A stretch of DNA of 41,922 nt from a virus: IMG/VR virus record IMGVR_UViG_3300029543_000007; one strand, 5' to 3'. The notes below the pieces were generated by a model. The model was given only the letters and a program-made list of their open reading frames with translations. It was not told the DNA's origin and ran no database searches. The translations under genes were made by a program, and so were the position numbers. This document shows, in pieces, positions 41,894 to 41,922 of the stretch; positions within the stretch are counted from its first letter, which is position 1; every line of letters begins with the position of its first letter.

Positions 41894-41922
41894 ACGAAAG
41901 CGAAGTTTGAAATTGGAATTAA

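Overview
This window is a complete, self-closing genome of a temperate siphovirus-type phage from a low-GC Gram-positive (Bacillota-like) host. Nt 1-94 are identical to nt 41829-41922, so the unique length is 41,828 bp. Most genes are on the + strand; the lysogeny block is on the - strand.

Gene order:
- Tail: two tail chaperone-position genes, an 1812-aa TP901-type tape measure, Dit, Tal, and three small fibre-like genes.
- A shufflon-like invertible region at 9598-12164.
- Lysis cassette: XhlA-like protein, LL-H-type holin, Amidase_3+SH3 endolysin.
- attP candidate and integrase.
- A type I toxin/antisense-RNA candidate that is absent from the ORF track.
- Lysogeny operon: XRE repressor, ImmA protease, secreted repeat protein.
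- Cro-like and early genes.
- Recombination and replication genes: Gp157, Rad52/Sak SSAP, HNHc, DUF1064, organiser-like protein.
- Many small ORFs, including a PAPS-reductase-like enzyme.
- A RinA/ArpU-like late activator.
- A self-contained AT-rich two-gene moron whose consensus promoter is overlapped by a LexA-type box.
- A tRNA with anticodon CAT.
- terS, terL, portal, a MuF-ADP-ribosyltransferase fusion, scaffold, capsid, connector proteins and the major tail protein.

Headline finding: a 134-aa tail-fibre gene has a 40-aa constant N-terminus ending in QLNSE. The 14-bp sequence encoding QLNS (CAGCTAAATTCTGA) occurs four times, twice on each strand. Each copy is in frame with a start-less C-terminal cassette. 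The four cassettes surround a XerC/D-type tyrosine recombinase that is distinct from the integrase. This is the architecture of a multi-cassette shufflon for receptor-binding-domain switching.

All functional calls come from reading motifs by eye. No database search or folding program was run.
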